DNA of 63,427 nt, filler included, from Octopus bimaculoides (GCF_001194135.2; 3 parts of 3 records of this genome joined end to end with filler, not necessarily neighbours in it); one strand, 5' to 3'; shown: positions 1 to 10,632, numbered from the whole stretch's first letter. The notes: a model not told the origin generated them from the letters alone. A program made the numbers and translations.

Positions 1-1
1 G

Positions 2-1535
2 AGGGGCAGTTGGTATGTTCCCAAATCAAAGAGTGGGATCGTTTGGTGTGACGCCAGTAGCATCACAATAGGGGTTGTCTTGGAAATGGGAGGCACCGTG
101 GTGGAAGATGCAGCCTGGCTCAGGAAGATGGATGACTGCAACCATATCAACGTAGCGGAGTTGGATGCCGTGCTGAAGGGGGTGAACCTGGCCTTGAAGT
201 GGGGGCTGTGCACCATCGAGATTAGAACCGATTCGACCACTGTGCTTGGTTAGGTGATGACAGTCCTCACCAATGAGCGGAGGGTGCGAACCAAAGGGGC
301 TGCGGAGATGCTGGTAAAGCGCCGATTGGGAATATTGCGGGAGCTAACCGCTGAGTTCGATCTGGAGCTGAGCGTAATATTTGTGCCTTCCGAAAAGAAC
401 AGGGCAGACGTCCTAACCAGGGTAAAGCGAGCTTGGTTGCAGGTGCCAGAGGATGCGGAGCAGGCTGTGGCTGCAGTATGTTGTCTGAGTGACTCGGAGT
501 TGAGGAGACTGCATACTATGCATCACATGGGAGTGGACAGGACGTTGTTCTTCGCCAGGAAAGTTGACTCCGAGGTAACGAGGCGGAGCGTGCAGAGAGT
601 GGTTAGCAGCTGTGACAGGTGCCAGTCTATTGACCCTGCTCCGGGCGTACATGAGGCGGGAAGTATTCCAGTGGCCCACAACTGGAAACGACTGGCAGTG
701 GACGTAACACACTACCGGCAGGGGACGTACCTCTCAATGGTTGACTGCGGACCGGGGCGGATGGCCATATGGAGGGAGATGAAGACGGGGACTGCAGAGG
801 AAATCGNNNNNNNNNNNNNNNNNNNNNNNNNNNNNNNNNNNNNNNNNNNNNNNNNNNNNNNNNNNNNNNNNNNNNNNNNNNNNNNNNNNNNNNNNNNNNN
901 NNNNNNNNNNNNNNNNNNNNNNNNNNNNNNNNNNNNNNNNNNNNNNNNNNNNNNNNNNNNNNNNNNNNNNNNNNNNNNNNNNNNNNNNNNNNNNNNNNNN
1001 NNNNNNNNNNNNNNNNNNNNNNNNNNNNNNNNNNNNNNNNNNNNNNNNNNNNNNNNNNNNNNNNNNNNNNNNNNNNNNNNNNNNNNNNNNNNNNNNNNNN
1101 NNNNNNNNNNNNNNNNNNNNNNNNNNNNNNNNNNNNNNNNNNNNNNNNNNNNNNNNNNNNNNNNNNNNNNNNNNNNNNNNNNNNNNNNNNNNNNNNNNNN
1201 NNNNNNNNNNNNNNNNNNNNNNNNNNNNNNNNNNNNNNNNNNNNNNNNNNNNNNNNNNNNNNNNATCACAATGGGGGAAAGGAACTATAACCTCCATCAA
1301 TTCAAAGAACAACGTCTCAGTCGATGGTATGCCACGCCACGTTTTGGATGTGCGGAAGATTGTCAGTGCTTCAGGGGATGGAACCAGCTGCAGTGGGCAG
1401 GATGATGAAGACAGCAGCAGTAGGCAAGATGATGAAGGCAGCGCGCCAGGAACTCAGGCCAGTCCCGGGGTCGCACAGCGACCACAGAGGGAGCGGTACC
1501 CTCCTCCCTGGTTGGCTGATTATGAAACCAATTAA
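2..1535 (+). mobile_element. LTR retrotransposon pol fragment (RNase H + integrase), disrupted
   Basis: Frame 2 reads WCDASSITIGVVL..AELDAV..RTDSTTVLG* (RNase H D/E/D residues; in-frame TAG at 251-253). It continues with the HHCC finger HTMHHMG..CDRC and core start LAVDVTHY. After the gap (807-1264) the C-terminus lies in the 1329..1535 frame (RPQRERYPPPWLADYETN*). Confidence 0.9.
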
Positions 1536-1571
1536 GGTAGTTCGGGAGAGAGGAGCGAGTGGGAGAGCCGG

Positions 1572-1989
1572 TGTTGTGGGCTTTGATGAGTTGTGTGTTG
1601 TGGTGGAGAGGGGTGAGGCAAACAGAGGTGAAGCCAGACTGGAAGGGCCAGACCGGAAGTGTCAGATCGGAAGTCGGCGACACGAGGTCGAAGGCTAGCA
1701 CGTGAGGCCAGTGAGAAAACAGCGACGTTACGAGATAGACGTGTTCTGATTAGGAGCGATCGTGTACCCCTCTGCAGTCGGCAAGGTAAGGTCCAACGCT
1801 TCATTCTGGCCTTTTGCTTCTTGTTGTCTTCTTCCTCCATCTCACCACAAGTTGTATAGGTAAAATATTTTGTCTGGGAAGGAATTACGATTTATAACAT
1901 TGCTGCTATGGAAAATTATCGCTCTACTTTACGAGTGGCATCCGGGAATAAATTAACTCCTACGCCGAGGCATTACTTTACATACTACA
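1572..1989 (+). mobile_element. Putative 3' LTR
   Basis: Follows the integrase stop and a purine-rich tract. Starts TG(TTGTG), has AATAAA at 1947-1952 and ends ..TACTACA before simple repeats. The 5' LTR is outside the window, so boundaries are inferred. Confidence 0.55.
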
Positions 1990-2426
1990 TACACACATAA
2001 ACACATAATACATACAAAAAAAATATACATAAACATAAGTGGTTCGGCTGGATAAAAAATTGAAGAAATAAAACATTTTTTTAGAAAGCCGTGTTTACAT
2101 TGTGACAGGTATCGATTAACCTGTGCGTATATGATTTATAAATGAAACTATGTATACATGTGATGTGTATATATTAATCTACATCTACAGCGTGAGGTAT
2201 ATTTTAACTTGGGACTTATGAAAGGAAAGCTTTATATTTATCCCAATGTATGAAACAAGGACTAACGAAAGATCTGCAAAGAGGCATGGACGTTTAGAAG
2301 AAGAGGCACATCTAATCTATATTTACATGGGATATGTGTAGATTAATGTATGTTGACATTGTGATAAGCATCTATTATGATGTGTACATTAACTTATGTT
2401 GACACGCGATGTTTTATATCTACATT

Positions 2427-2469
2427 GTGAAGGCACATGGCTCACTGGTTAAAGCGTCGGGCTCGCAGT
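2427..2469 (+). mobile_element. SINE family D head (truncated by gap)
   Basis: gtgaaggcacatggctcactggttaaagc matches the head of the minus-strand copy ending at 8641. Confidence 0.7.
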
Positions 2470-2989
2470 NNNNNNNNNNNNNNNNNNNNNNNNNNNNNNN
2501 NNNNNNNNNNNNNNNNNNNNNNNNNNNNNNNNNNNNNNNNNNNNNNNNNNNNNNNNNNNNNNNNNNNNNNNNNNNNNNNNNNNNNNNNNNNNNNNNNNNN
2601 NNNNNNNNNNNNNNNNNNNNNNNNNNNNNNNNNNNNNNNNNNNNNNNNNNNNNNNNNNNNNNNNNNNNNNNNNNNNNNNNNNNNNNNNNNNNNNNNNNNN
2701 NNNNNNNNNNNNNNNNNNNNNNNNNNNNNNNNNNNNNNNNNNNNNNNNNNNNNNNNNNNNNNNNNNNNNNNNNNNNNNNNNNNNNNNNNNNNNNNNNNNN
2801 NNNNNNNNNNNNNNNNNNNNNNNNNNNNNNNNNNNNNNNNNNNNNNNNNNNNNNNNNNNNNNNNNNNNNNNNNNNNNNNNNNNNNNNNNNNNNNNNNNNN
2901 NNNNNNNNNNNNNNNNNNNNNNNNNNNNNNNNGCAGAAACAGAATCGAGTCCCAATTGTGTAGGTTTGCCATCAAAACTTCAACCCGCT

Positions 2990-3400
2990 CTGTAGAAGTT
3001 AGGTCACAGTTGTAATTGAGTTAAACGTTTTACTATTGTGAATAAAAACAAAGTAATGTATGTAAATTAATTATATCTCACCTCTGATTTAATAAATTCT
3101 CATTTAACAGTTCATGTAGTTAAGACACTGAATGAACCTTCCAAATTTCGTTTCTGGGATATAAACATTGTTTGTGAGTTAGGTGTGAGAGTAGGAGGAA
3201 GGGGAGACATGTACCTATAGATAAACTGAAACAAGGAAGGGTGATGGGATGAGGAAGAGAAGGAGAGGACTAAAGATAGAAAGCGGGGAATAGATATAGT
3301 GAAAAAGAAGGATAGGTGATAGGAAAAGAACGACGAGTGATAGTAATGGTAGAGGAGAAGAGATAGACAGAAAGGAGGAAATGATATATGTATATATACA
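2990..3400. repeat. Unclassified interspersed repeat H (purine-rich arm)
   Basis: Shares tgtgaataaaaacaaag, ttaattatatctcacctctg and a long GA-rich tract with 14745-15350 and 16590-17165. Confidence 0.75.
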
Positions 3401-3414
3401 CATATATGTATATA

Positions 3415-3446
<32 letters not shown>

Positions 3447-3451
3447 AATAT
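3385..3451. repeat. (TA)n/(TAA)n microsatellite
   Basis: Direct reading. Confidence 0.9.
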
Positions 3452-4357
3452 TAGGGATAAACATCCAAATTTACAGGTTGAAAACCCAATTAAATTCAAT
3501 TTATTAAAAATTAAAATTAAATTAACTTTCACAGTATAAAATATATAGTTTTAGAGAAAAGAACCAAAGTTCATGAACTAATCCATGAAAATCCAGTCAC
3601 ATATAGAAAAATTAATAAGTAAAAGCACGATAAATAAGTATAATATAATACACAGTAAATATCATAAGATAAAGATAATAAANNNNNNNNNNNNNNNNNN
3701 NNNNNNNNNNNNNNNNNNNNNNNNNNNNNNNNNNNNNNNNNNNNNNNNNNNNNNNNNNNNNNNNNNNNNNNNNNNNNNNNNNNNNNNNNNNNNNNNNNNN
3801 NNNNNNNNNNNNNNNNNNNNNNNNNNNNNNNNNNNNNNNNNNNNNNNNNNNNNNNNNNNNNNNNNNNNNNNNNNNNNNNNNNNNNNNNNNNNNNNNNNNN
3901 NNNNNNNNNNNNNNNNNNNNNNNNNNNNNNNNNNNNNNNNNNNNNNNNNNNNNNNNNNNNNNNNNNNNNNNNNNNNNNNNNNNNNNNNNNNNNNNNNNNN
4001 NNNNNNNNNNNNNNNNNNNNNNNNNNNNNNNNNNNNNNNNNNNNNNNNNNNNNNNNNNNNNNNNNNNNNNNNNNNNNNNNNNNNNNNNNNNNNNNNNNNN
4101 NNNNNNNNNNNNNNNNNNNNNNNNNNNNNNNNNNNNNNNNNNNNNNNNNNNNNNNNNNNNNNNNNNNNNNNNNNNNNNNNNNNNNNNNNNNNNNNNNNNN
4201 NNNNNNNNNNNNNNNNNNNNNNNNNNNNNNACTTCTACATGAATTAACCTCGTATAATACCTTAAAAATTATTCTATTCAACAACATATACACCTACCGA
4301 TTACTTCACTGAATAATTAAAAACTGAAAGTTACAGATAAGACAACCAAATACCTAT

Positions 4358-4560
4358 TTATTACCTCTGCCTCAGCGGAGGCAGAGGTATTGTTTTCAGT
4401 TGTGTTTGTTTGCTTGTTTGTCTGTGCACAAGATATCTCAAGAAGCGCTGGATGGATTCAGATGAAACTTTCAGGGATGTTTGGCCTCATGACTGGTACA
4501 AAATGATTAGATTTTTGGATCGATTCAGTAAGGATTCTGGATTTTTGTTATATTTATGTT
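4358..4560 (+). mobile_element. Non-autonomous Helentron-like element (HINE), 5' part
   Basis: Begins ttattacctctgcctc-agcg-gaggcagaggtattgttttc (perfect 12-bp hairpin). The body caagatatctcaag..ggatggattc..ttcagggatgtt is homologous to 6175-6538. Confidence 0.65.
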
Positions 4561-4769
4561 ACTTTAAGCGAAGTATTACGATCTTAGGTTTACTTTCAAG
4601 TCTTTCTCTGATTATCTCCCATGAAAGCATGCTCATGGTTTCCACGTAATTTATGGCAGCATTGCTGTTTCTAAAGTTTAATTTTCGTTTCTGTGCTATG
4701 AATTTTACTTTCGTCTCTAAGTAGAAACTGATGCCTAAAGAAATAAAACTGCATATACAAACGGCAGTT

Positions 4770-4850
4770 TAGAAATAGAGAGAGTTAGTTAGGTGTGGGA
4801 GTAGGAGGAAGCAGAGACATGTACATATAGATAAAGTGTAACAAGGAAGG
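4770..4850. repeat. Repeat H fragment
   Basis: gagttagttaggtgtgggagtaggaggaagcagagacatgtac matches about 3175-3240. Confidence 0.65.
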
Positions 4851-4961
4851 TTATTCTCTTTCACGTGCACCAGGGTCTCCGGTTTGTTGATAAGATCGCT
4901 CGCTTGCAGGTATCCCCACAAGAAAAATGCGTGAAGGCCATTCGAAGTAGGCTTCACACAT

Positions 4962-5070
4962 GGTCCCGTCAAGATGGGGCACCTGCTCATACCACAAGAC
5001 AAACACCGAAGTTGTTATGGCAGTGCTTTGGAAAGAGAATAATCTGCGGCTACGGCAATGTCAACTGGCC
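4962..5070 (+). mobile_element. Tc1/mariner-superfamily transposase fragment
   Basis: QDGAPAHT..CFGKRIICGYGNVNWP resembles the second catalytic D region (QQDGAPxH..WPxxSPDL). Confidence 0.7.
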
Positions 5071-6084
5071 TTATAGATATAGATACAGATATATATCTAT
5101 ATGTATATGAATATATACATATATGTGTGTGTGTATGTATATATATGCATGCGCTTGAGGGCAATGCATTTACTTGTTTCTGACTACCTAACTCACAAGG
5201 CTTTTATTCGCTTGAGTGATTAGTAAAAATGTTTGTCCTCATTAGTATGCATTGTGACTAGAGTTGAAAACCAACTCCTTGACTACTAACCATACTTCTT
5301 AATGAATCAGGATTGAATTACATACAGAAAAATGTCTATGCCACCATAAGCAGGTGTTTATTAACTTGCAGATCGAAATTCATTTAATCTTATCACTTGT
5401 GTAACTTGTTTTATGTGAGACTTCTCTAGACTTGGATATTGATATGTATGAGTGTTTTCAAATGTATCTCTGGAGAACTGAAGCAGCAAACATGCTTTAT
5501 CTTGGCTTACTCATTTTGCCCCATCTAAATTTACCTTTTACATGTTCAAAGGGAGCAGCGATAATTTTCTGAAATAGTGATCAGATTATGTAATAACTTT
5601 TTTTATACATTTAAGGAAGGCCATTTGCTTAGCTGATATAGTTTTTGTAAGGTAGGGAATATTTGTTAAAAATATATTTTGTCTCAAAGTCAAATATGCA
5701 GTTGATAGAGAGAGAAAGACCATGGAGAAAGTTCTCAATAGCATTGGGCAGAGCATCAAGTTGTGGTAAAACACAAAATGAGGTTTCCAATATTGTGCTT
5801 GTTTTTATTTTTTTAAAGCTACAGTATAATGTTCTTTTAATTACAATTTCTCCTCGATTTACAACCTTTGTGACTGACAACCATCTGAACTTATGACCAC
5901 AAAAAATAAAGAAATAAAAAGATAATCGATTTTCAGACTTTGGTCAGCATCTGGCAATGCAGGCCTCCTTCAGATCCAGGTGTCCACTGCCTGCCACTGT
6001 CTCTCACTCGGTCGCTTTCAAGTAACAACTGCATTTGAACGAAAATAGTCATGAAAGATATAAATCCGACATATGACCAGATTG

Positions 6085-6139
6085 ACTTACGACCTGTCAG
6101 TCAGAACAGAACTTGGTCGTAAGTTGAGGAGAGGGTGTA
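6085..6139. mobile_element. Possible Tigger/pogo-like MITE end
   Basis: gacttacgacc..ggtcgtaagttgagga subterminal inverted pair followed by TA. The other end was not found. Confidence 0.35.
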
Positions 6140-6174
6140 TATTCATTTTTTTTTTTGTGTGTGTGTGATTGGGG

Positions 6175-6538
6175 TTATTATTTCCGCCTTAGCAAATGCA
6201 GAGGTATCGTTTCCAGTCATGTTTGTTTAACTTTGGACAAGATATCTCAAGAACCTCTGGATGGATTCGGATGGCACTTTCAGGGATGTTTAGCCTTGTG
6301 ACTGGTACGAGCTGATTAGATTTTGGGATCGGTCCAGTACTGTCAAGGATTCTGGATTATTTTTCCTGTTTTTTGACTTAATTTTTGAGAGCAGTCGGGT
6401 TCATTTTTAGTATTCTCGTTTGTGAGAGCAGTGGAGTTTATTTCAGATATTCTCATTTTAAAAATCATGTCTGGCTAATCATTTAGAGGAGGTTGGTGTT
6501 GCCTTGGCCGAGGTTTGTGCCCTCTGAGTGCTCTTGTT
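6175..6538 (+). mobile_element. Non-autonomous Helentron-like element (HINE), near full length
   Basis: 5' ttattatttccgccttag..gcagaggtat; 3' ccttggccgagg (subterminal IR), then gtgccctctgagtgc and ctcttgTT. This layout is typical of HINE/DINE-1-like elements. Confidence 0.7.
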
Positions 6539-6574
6539 ATATAATGAATGTAATATTTTCCATTGTAGAAAAAT

Positions 6575-6790
6575 GGTGACCTAACAGAACCGTTAGCACA
6601 CCGAGCAAAATGTTTAGTGGCATCTGACCCGTCTTTATTTGCTGACTTGAAATTCTGCTCAAGTTGACTTTACCTTTCATCCTTTTGGTGGGGTCAATAA
6701 AATAAGTACCAGTTGAATACTGGGGTTGATTTAGTCAACTTATCCTCCCCTCTGACCTTGCTGCCCTTGTGCCAAAATTTGAAAGCAATA
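6575..6790 (+). mobile_element. tRNA-derived SINE family A
   Basis: cgttagcaca..tttacctttcatccttttgg..aataagtaccag..cttgtgcc; homologous to the other A copies. Confidence 0.8.
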
Positions 6791-6829
6791 TTTTACATTG
6801 CAGAGAGGTGTTCATAAATTACAAATAAT

Positions 6830-7043
6830 TCTTTCTACTGGAAGCATGATTTGGCTTGAACTTCAGGGAAGGGATTTAGTTGATTACATTGACCCCAGTG
6901 CGTAACTGGTACTTATTTAATCGACCCTAAAAGGATGAAAGGCAAAGTCGACCTCCACAGAATTTGAACTCAGAATGTAGTAGCAGACAAAATTGCGCTA
7001 AGCATTTTGCCCAGAATGCTAACGATTCTGCCAGCTCACCGCC

Positions 7044-7044
<1 letters not shown>
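6830..7044 (-). mobile_element. SINE family A, full length
   Basis: Reverse strand aggcggtgagctggcagaatcgttagc (A-box) .. gagttcaaattc (B-box) .. cctttcatcctttt. Confidence 0.9.
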
Positions 7045-7084
<40 letters not shown>

Positions 7085-7305
7085 CCTTTCTACTGAAGGC
7101 ACAAGGTCTTGAAATTTAGAGGAAAGGGATTAAGTCAGTTACATCAACCCTAGTGCATAACTGGTACTTATTTAATTGACCCCCAAAAGAATGAAAGGAT
7201 GAAAGGCATAGTCAACCTTGGCAGAATATGAACTCAGAACATAGTGGCAGACAAAATATGGCTTAGTGTTTCACCCAGCGTGCTAACAATTCTATCAGCT
7301 TCTCA
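7045..7305 (-). mobile_element. SINE family A with (ATT)n tail
   Basis: Same motifs as the neighbouring copy; the (TAA)n run at 7045-7083 is its tail. Confidence 0.85.
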
Positions 7306-7308
7306 CTT

Positions 7309-7525
7309 TAATAATAATATTAATGTTTTCAAATTCTGGCACAAAGCCAGCAATTTTGGAATAGGAATTAAGTTGATTACAATGACCCCAGTGTTCAACT
7401 GGTACTTATTTTTACCAACCCCAAAAGGATAAAAAGCAAAGTTGACCTTGGCAGGATTTGAACTAAGAACGTAAAGATAGACAAAATATCACATAGCAAC
7501 TTGCCCAGTGTGCTAATGATTCTGG
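7309..7525 (-). mobile_element. SINE family A
   Basis: Same motifs, more diverged. Confidence 0.8.
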
Positions 7526-7539
7526 GGGCACAACCTTGA

Positions 7540-7650
7540 AGGGTTTTATGGAGCAAATTGACCCCAATATTTTTTTTCTAAGCTTATTCAATCAGTCTCT
7601 TTTTGTTGAACATCTAGGTTACAGGGATGTAAACAAACCAACACCACCAC
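7540..7650 (-). mobile_element. SINE family B 3' fragment
   Basis: gagcaaattgacccc..cagtctcttttgttgaa..gtaaacaaacc matches 13120-13220. Confidence 0.6.
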
Positions 7651-7679
7651 CCATGCATGCATGTACACACACATATACA

Positions 7680-7850
7680 TGTCTGTGTGGTAAGAAGCTT
7701 GCTTCCCAACCACATGGTTCCATGGTCAGTCCCACTGCATGGTATCTTGGGCCAGTGTTTTCTACTATAGCCTTGAGCTGACCAAAGCCCTGTGAGTGGA
7801 TTTGGTAGATGGAAACTGAAAGAAGCCCATTGTATACATATATTGTTTAT
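7680..7850 (+). mobile_element. SINE family B 5' half
   Basis: ctgtgtggtaagaagcttgcttcccaaccacatggttcc..gtgagtggatttggtagatggaaactgaaagaagccc. Confidence 0.85.
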
Positions 7851-8041
7851 ATATGGGGTTGGTGATCCAGGATATTTTTGGGGTGTTGCCCAAAAGTTAA
7901 AAAAAAAAATACTGTATAAAGTGGGAATCACAATTCGTAACAAATGGACCCATTTTTATGTATTCTAACATTGTTGTAGCAGACCATATGCTCGGTTTGG
8001 CTAGAAAGGGTGTTGCCTGGCCAACTAGGCCAACACTGATG

Positions 8042-8073
<32 letters not shown>

Positions 8074-8147
8074 ATCAGTTGAATTAGGTACTTAAGTTGA
8101 AGCACTAAGTCAGTGAAATATTATCCACACAGCTCATAGTAAAATGA

Positions 8148-8767
8148 ATAAAATCAAAACAAGCAATAGGATATCAAGTAATAATGCAGTACAACCATTT
8201 CAAGTGGTTCTATTTAATGGAACAATGCAACCATTACTTCAGTTTAAATGCAGTACCATCTTCAGCTGCACAAATAAATAAATCAAATTTTAACAAGTAG
8301 GCTGAGACCACCTTCGTTCATGACTGACCATGGAATTGCACCTAGAAAGTTACCCTCCCAGGCACAAGTCAGGGCAAGGTTGTTTATGAAAGACCACCAG
8401 TCACCCATGCATACCGGCCTCCCCTCTCCACACCACCAATGTTATCCAAGGGAAAGGCAAAGGGGCCGATACAGCTTGGAACCAGTGACGCTGCAACTCA
8501 TTTCTACAGCTGAGTGAACTGGAGCAACGTGAAATAAAGTGTTTTGCTCAAGAACACAATACGCAGCTCAGTCCGAGATTCGAACTCACAACCCCACGAT
8601 CGTAAGTTCAATGCTCTAACCAGTGAGCCATGCACCTTCACAACAAGTAGGACACATTGATAAAATTCACTGCATTTAAATTGATGTAATGATTGCCTTG
8701 TTCAATTAAATGGAGTCGCTTGAAACTGCATCACTACTGGATATCATGTTGCTTATTTTGATTTTAT
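8148..8767. repeat. About 100-bp inverted repeat pair (8148-8254 / 8669-8767), probable fold-back/MITE
   Basis: The reverse complement of 8669-8767 (ataaaatcaaaataagcaacatgatatccagtagtgatgcag..tttaaatgcagt) aligns with 8148-8254. Confidence 0.75.
8302..8641 (-). mobile_element. SINE family D, full length, with 10-bp TSD
   Basis: tRNA-like head (gagttcgaatc B-box) and CORE-like ttgagcaaaacacttt..ccagttcactcagctgtagaaatg. Flanked by aacaagtagg at 8292-8301 and 8642-8651. Confidence 0.9.
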
Positions 8768-8769
8768 AT

Positions 8770-8968
8770 ATGTATCTATATGTGTGAGTACCTTTGTGTC
8801 TGTGTTTATGTTCCTGTAACTTAGCGGTTCAGCAAAAGAGAAACTGATTGAAGAAGTACTAGACTTAACAAAAAATAAGTACAGAGGGTGACTACAAAAA
8901 TTCTTCGAGTCGGTGCCCCAGTATGGCCGCAGTTTAATGACTGAAACATGTAAATGATAAAGGATAAC
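8770..8968 (+). mobile_element. SINE family B 3' half
   Basis: gtaacttagcggttcagcaaaagag..ggtgccccagtatggccgcag..tgactgaaaca. Confidence 0.75.
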
Positions 8969-9111
8969 TCTTGAATTCAATGACTTTTTAAATCTAAAAG
9001 CCCCCAATGCTNNNNNNNNNNNNNNNNNNNNNNNNNNNNNNNNNNNNNNNNNNNNNNNNNNNNNNNNNNNNNNNNNNNNNNNNNNNNNNNNNNNNNNNNN
9101 NNNNNNNNNNN

Positions 9112-10029
9112 ATCTCACAGCATTCTGAGTTTACTTCTGATATAAAACCATTAGCAACCAAATTGGTTCGACGATCGTTTATGAGATCTGGTGTCCGCAA
9201 AATCACAGTTAACCATGGAAGACTTCGGGGTAGTTTATTCATACCAAGTGATGAAACATCCAACAGACAACGACGACGATATCCTGCTGTGATAGATCTG
9301 TTTGGTAGCACCGGTTCTTTGATAGAATCCAGAGGTGCTTTGTTAGCGTCCCATGGATTTATTACTTTAAGTTTGGCCTATTTTGCTTATAAAGACTTAC
9401 CTTCAGTCATCACCGAGGTTGATTTTGAATATTTCGAAGAGGCTATTGAGTGGATTATTAACCACAAGCAAGTTTCCAGTGAGAATGGTATAGGTGTTTT
9501 AGGGACATCTCTAGGAGGGGTAATAGCTCTATACATAGCGAAACAGTGTCCACAAGTAAGTGCTGTTATAAGTATTAATGCTACCCCAACTTTCTTTGTT
9601 TTTGGCATCCGCCATAATGGTAAACAGCTGCCATATTGCTGTTCAATTGATTGTGGCCATACTGTATTCAATGATGATGGATCTATGATTTCATCTTGGA
9701 AAGTAGATGAATCTAAATTGTTTTATTTAGATGAAAGTTCTCGTAGTAAAGTATTGTTTTTAGTTAGTGGCGATGACAAATTACTTTACACTAGTGACTA
9801 TTACATCTGGCTCAACAACTTGACCCCAACCAAAAAAAAAGATGTTGAATTAATTATATACGAGGGTGCTGGCCACCTCTTGGAACCTCCATATACCCCA
9901 CTCTTTTATTCTTGTTATTCTATATACTTTGGTGGGGCTACTATTTTTTGGGGTTCTCCTCAACAACATGCTGAAGCACAAGAAAAGTCCTGGTTAAAAA
10001 TCAGGGAATTTTTTACCGAAAATCTTTAA
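9112..10029 (+). CDS. Acyl-CoA thioesterase / bile acid-CoA:amino acid N-acyltransferase family protein, 5'-partial
   Basis: About 305 open codons: RGSLFIP..PAVIDLFG..RGALLASHGFITLSLAYF, nucleophile elbow GTSLGG, VSGDDK (Asp), GAGHLLEPPY (His), C-terminal HAEAQEKSWLKIREFF. The start is hidden by the 100-N gap at 9012-9111. Confidence 0.9.
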   Translation: MSQHSEFTSDIKPLATKLVRRSFMRSGVRKITVNHGRLRGSLFIPSDETSNRQRRRYPAVIDLFGSTGSLIESRGALLASHGFITLSLAYFAYKDLPSVITEVDFEYFEEAIEWIINHKQVSSENGIGVLGTSLGGVIALYIAKQCPQVSAVISINATPTFFVFGIRHNGKQLPYCCSIDCGHTVFNDDGSMISSWKVDESKLFYLDESSRSKVLFLVSGDDKLLYTSDYYIWLNNLTPTKKKDVELIIYEGAGHLLEPPYTPLFYSCYSIYFGGATIFWGSPQQHAEAQEKSWLKIREFFTENL

Positions 10030-10295
10030 AAATTTGAACAGTGATTCGATATTGATTCTTTATATCAGTGTGCAACACATCAAATATTTACTGATTGCAC
10101 GTGTCAGCTTGATGCAGGGAATGAGCTAAACATTTGATCACCGTAAACTGTTTGTGCAGGTTGTCCAGCAAGAAATTGCAGAAGTGTCCTTCTCAGACCG
10201 GAAAGACTTCCAATATATAAAAGACAAGAATTCTAATGATGGCTGTTTGCATTATAAAAGTAGGGGTGGCCACAGATGAGTCTGTATAAGAACCA

Positions 10296-10513
10296 TTAAC
10301 CTTTAAACAGGCGATATCCGACCAAAATATCATACATGTTTTATATTCAAACTGGCCACATTTAACTTCCCACACCTACCCTACAATGTCATTCTAAAAC
10401 TAAACAATCACATTATTGAAATCTAAAAGCCATGAGATAATGCATCATTAACTCAAAAGAATGTGAATTAATAAGCATCACATTTAGCAACAATCTGAAT
10501 GCTAAAGAGTTAA
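10296..10513. mobile_element. TTAA-flanked MITE (piggyBac-like)
   Basis: TTAA at both ends; imperfect TIRs cctttaaac / gctaaagag. Confidence 0.7.
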
Positions 10514-10632
10514 TGTCTGTAGTTGTGATAATGGTAATGTTTGTGATGATGCTGTGATAAATATGCTAATAATGTTTATGAGGATGATAATATTTGTAAT
10601 GTTGGCATTGAAATAAAAAGATGTTTATGTTA

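Noticed and set aside
1265-1405. C-terminal part of ORF 254..1405 and ORF 1324..1698
   Set aside because: The frame across the gap is arbitrary. The integrase-like C-terminus is in the 1329..1535 frame; the others are shadow ORFs.
9007-9011. ATG given as the start of the 340-aa ACOT ORF
   Set aside because: It is separated from the real frame by a 100-N gap of unknown true size, and the family N-terminal domain would not fit. The start is unsupported.
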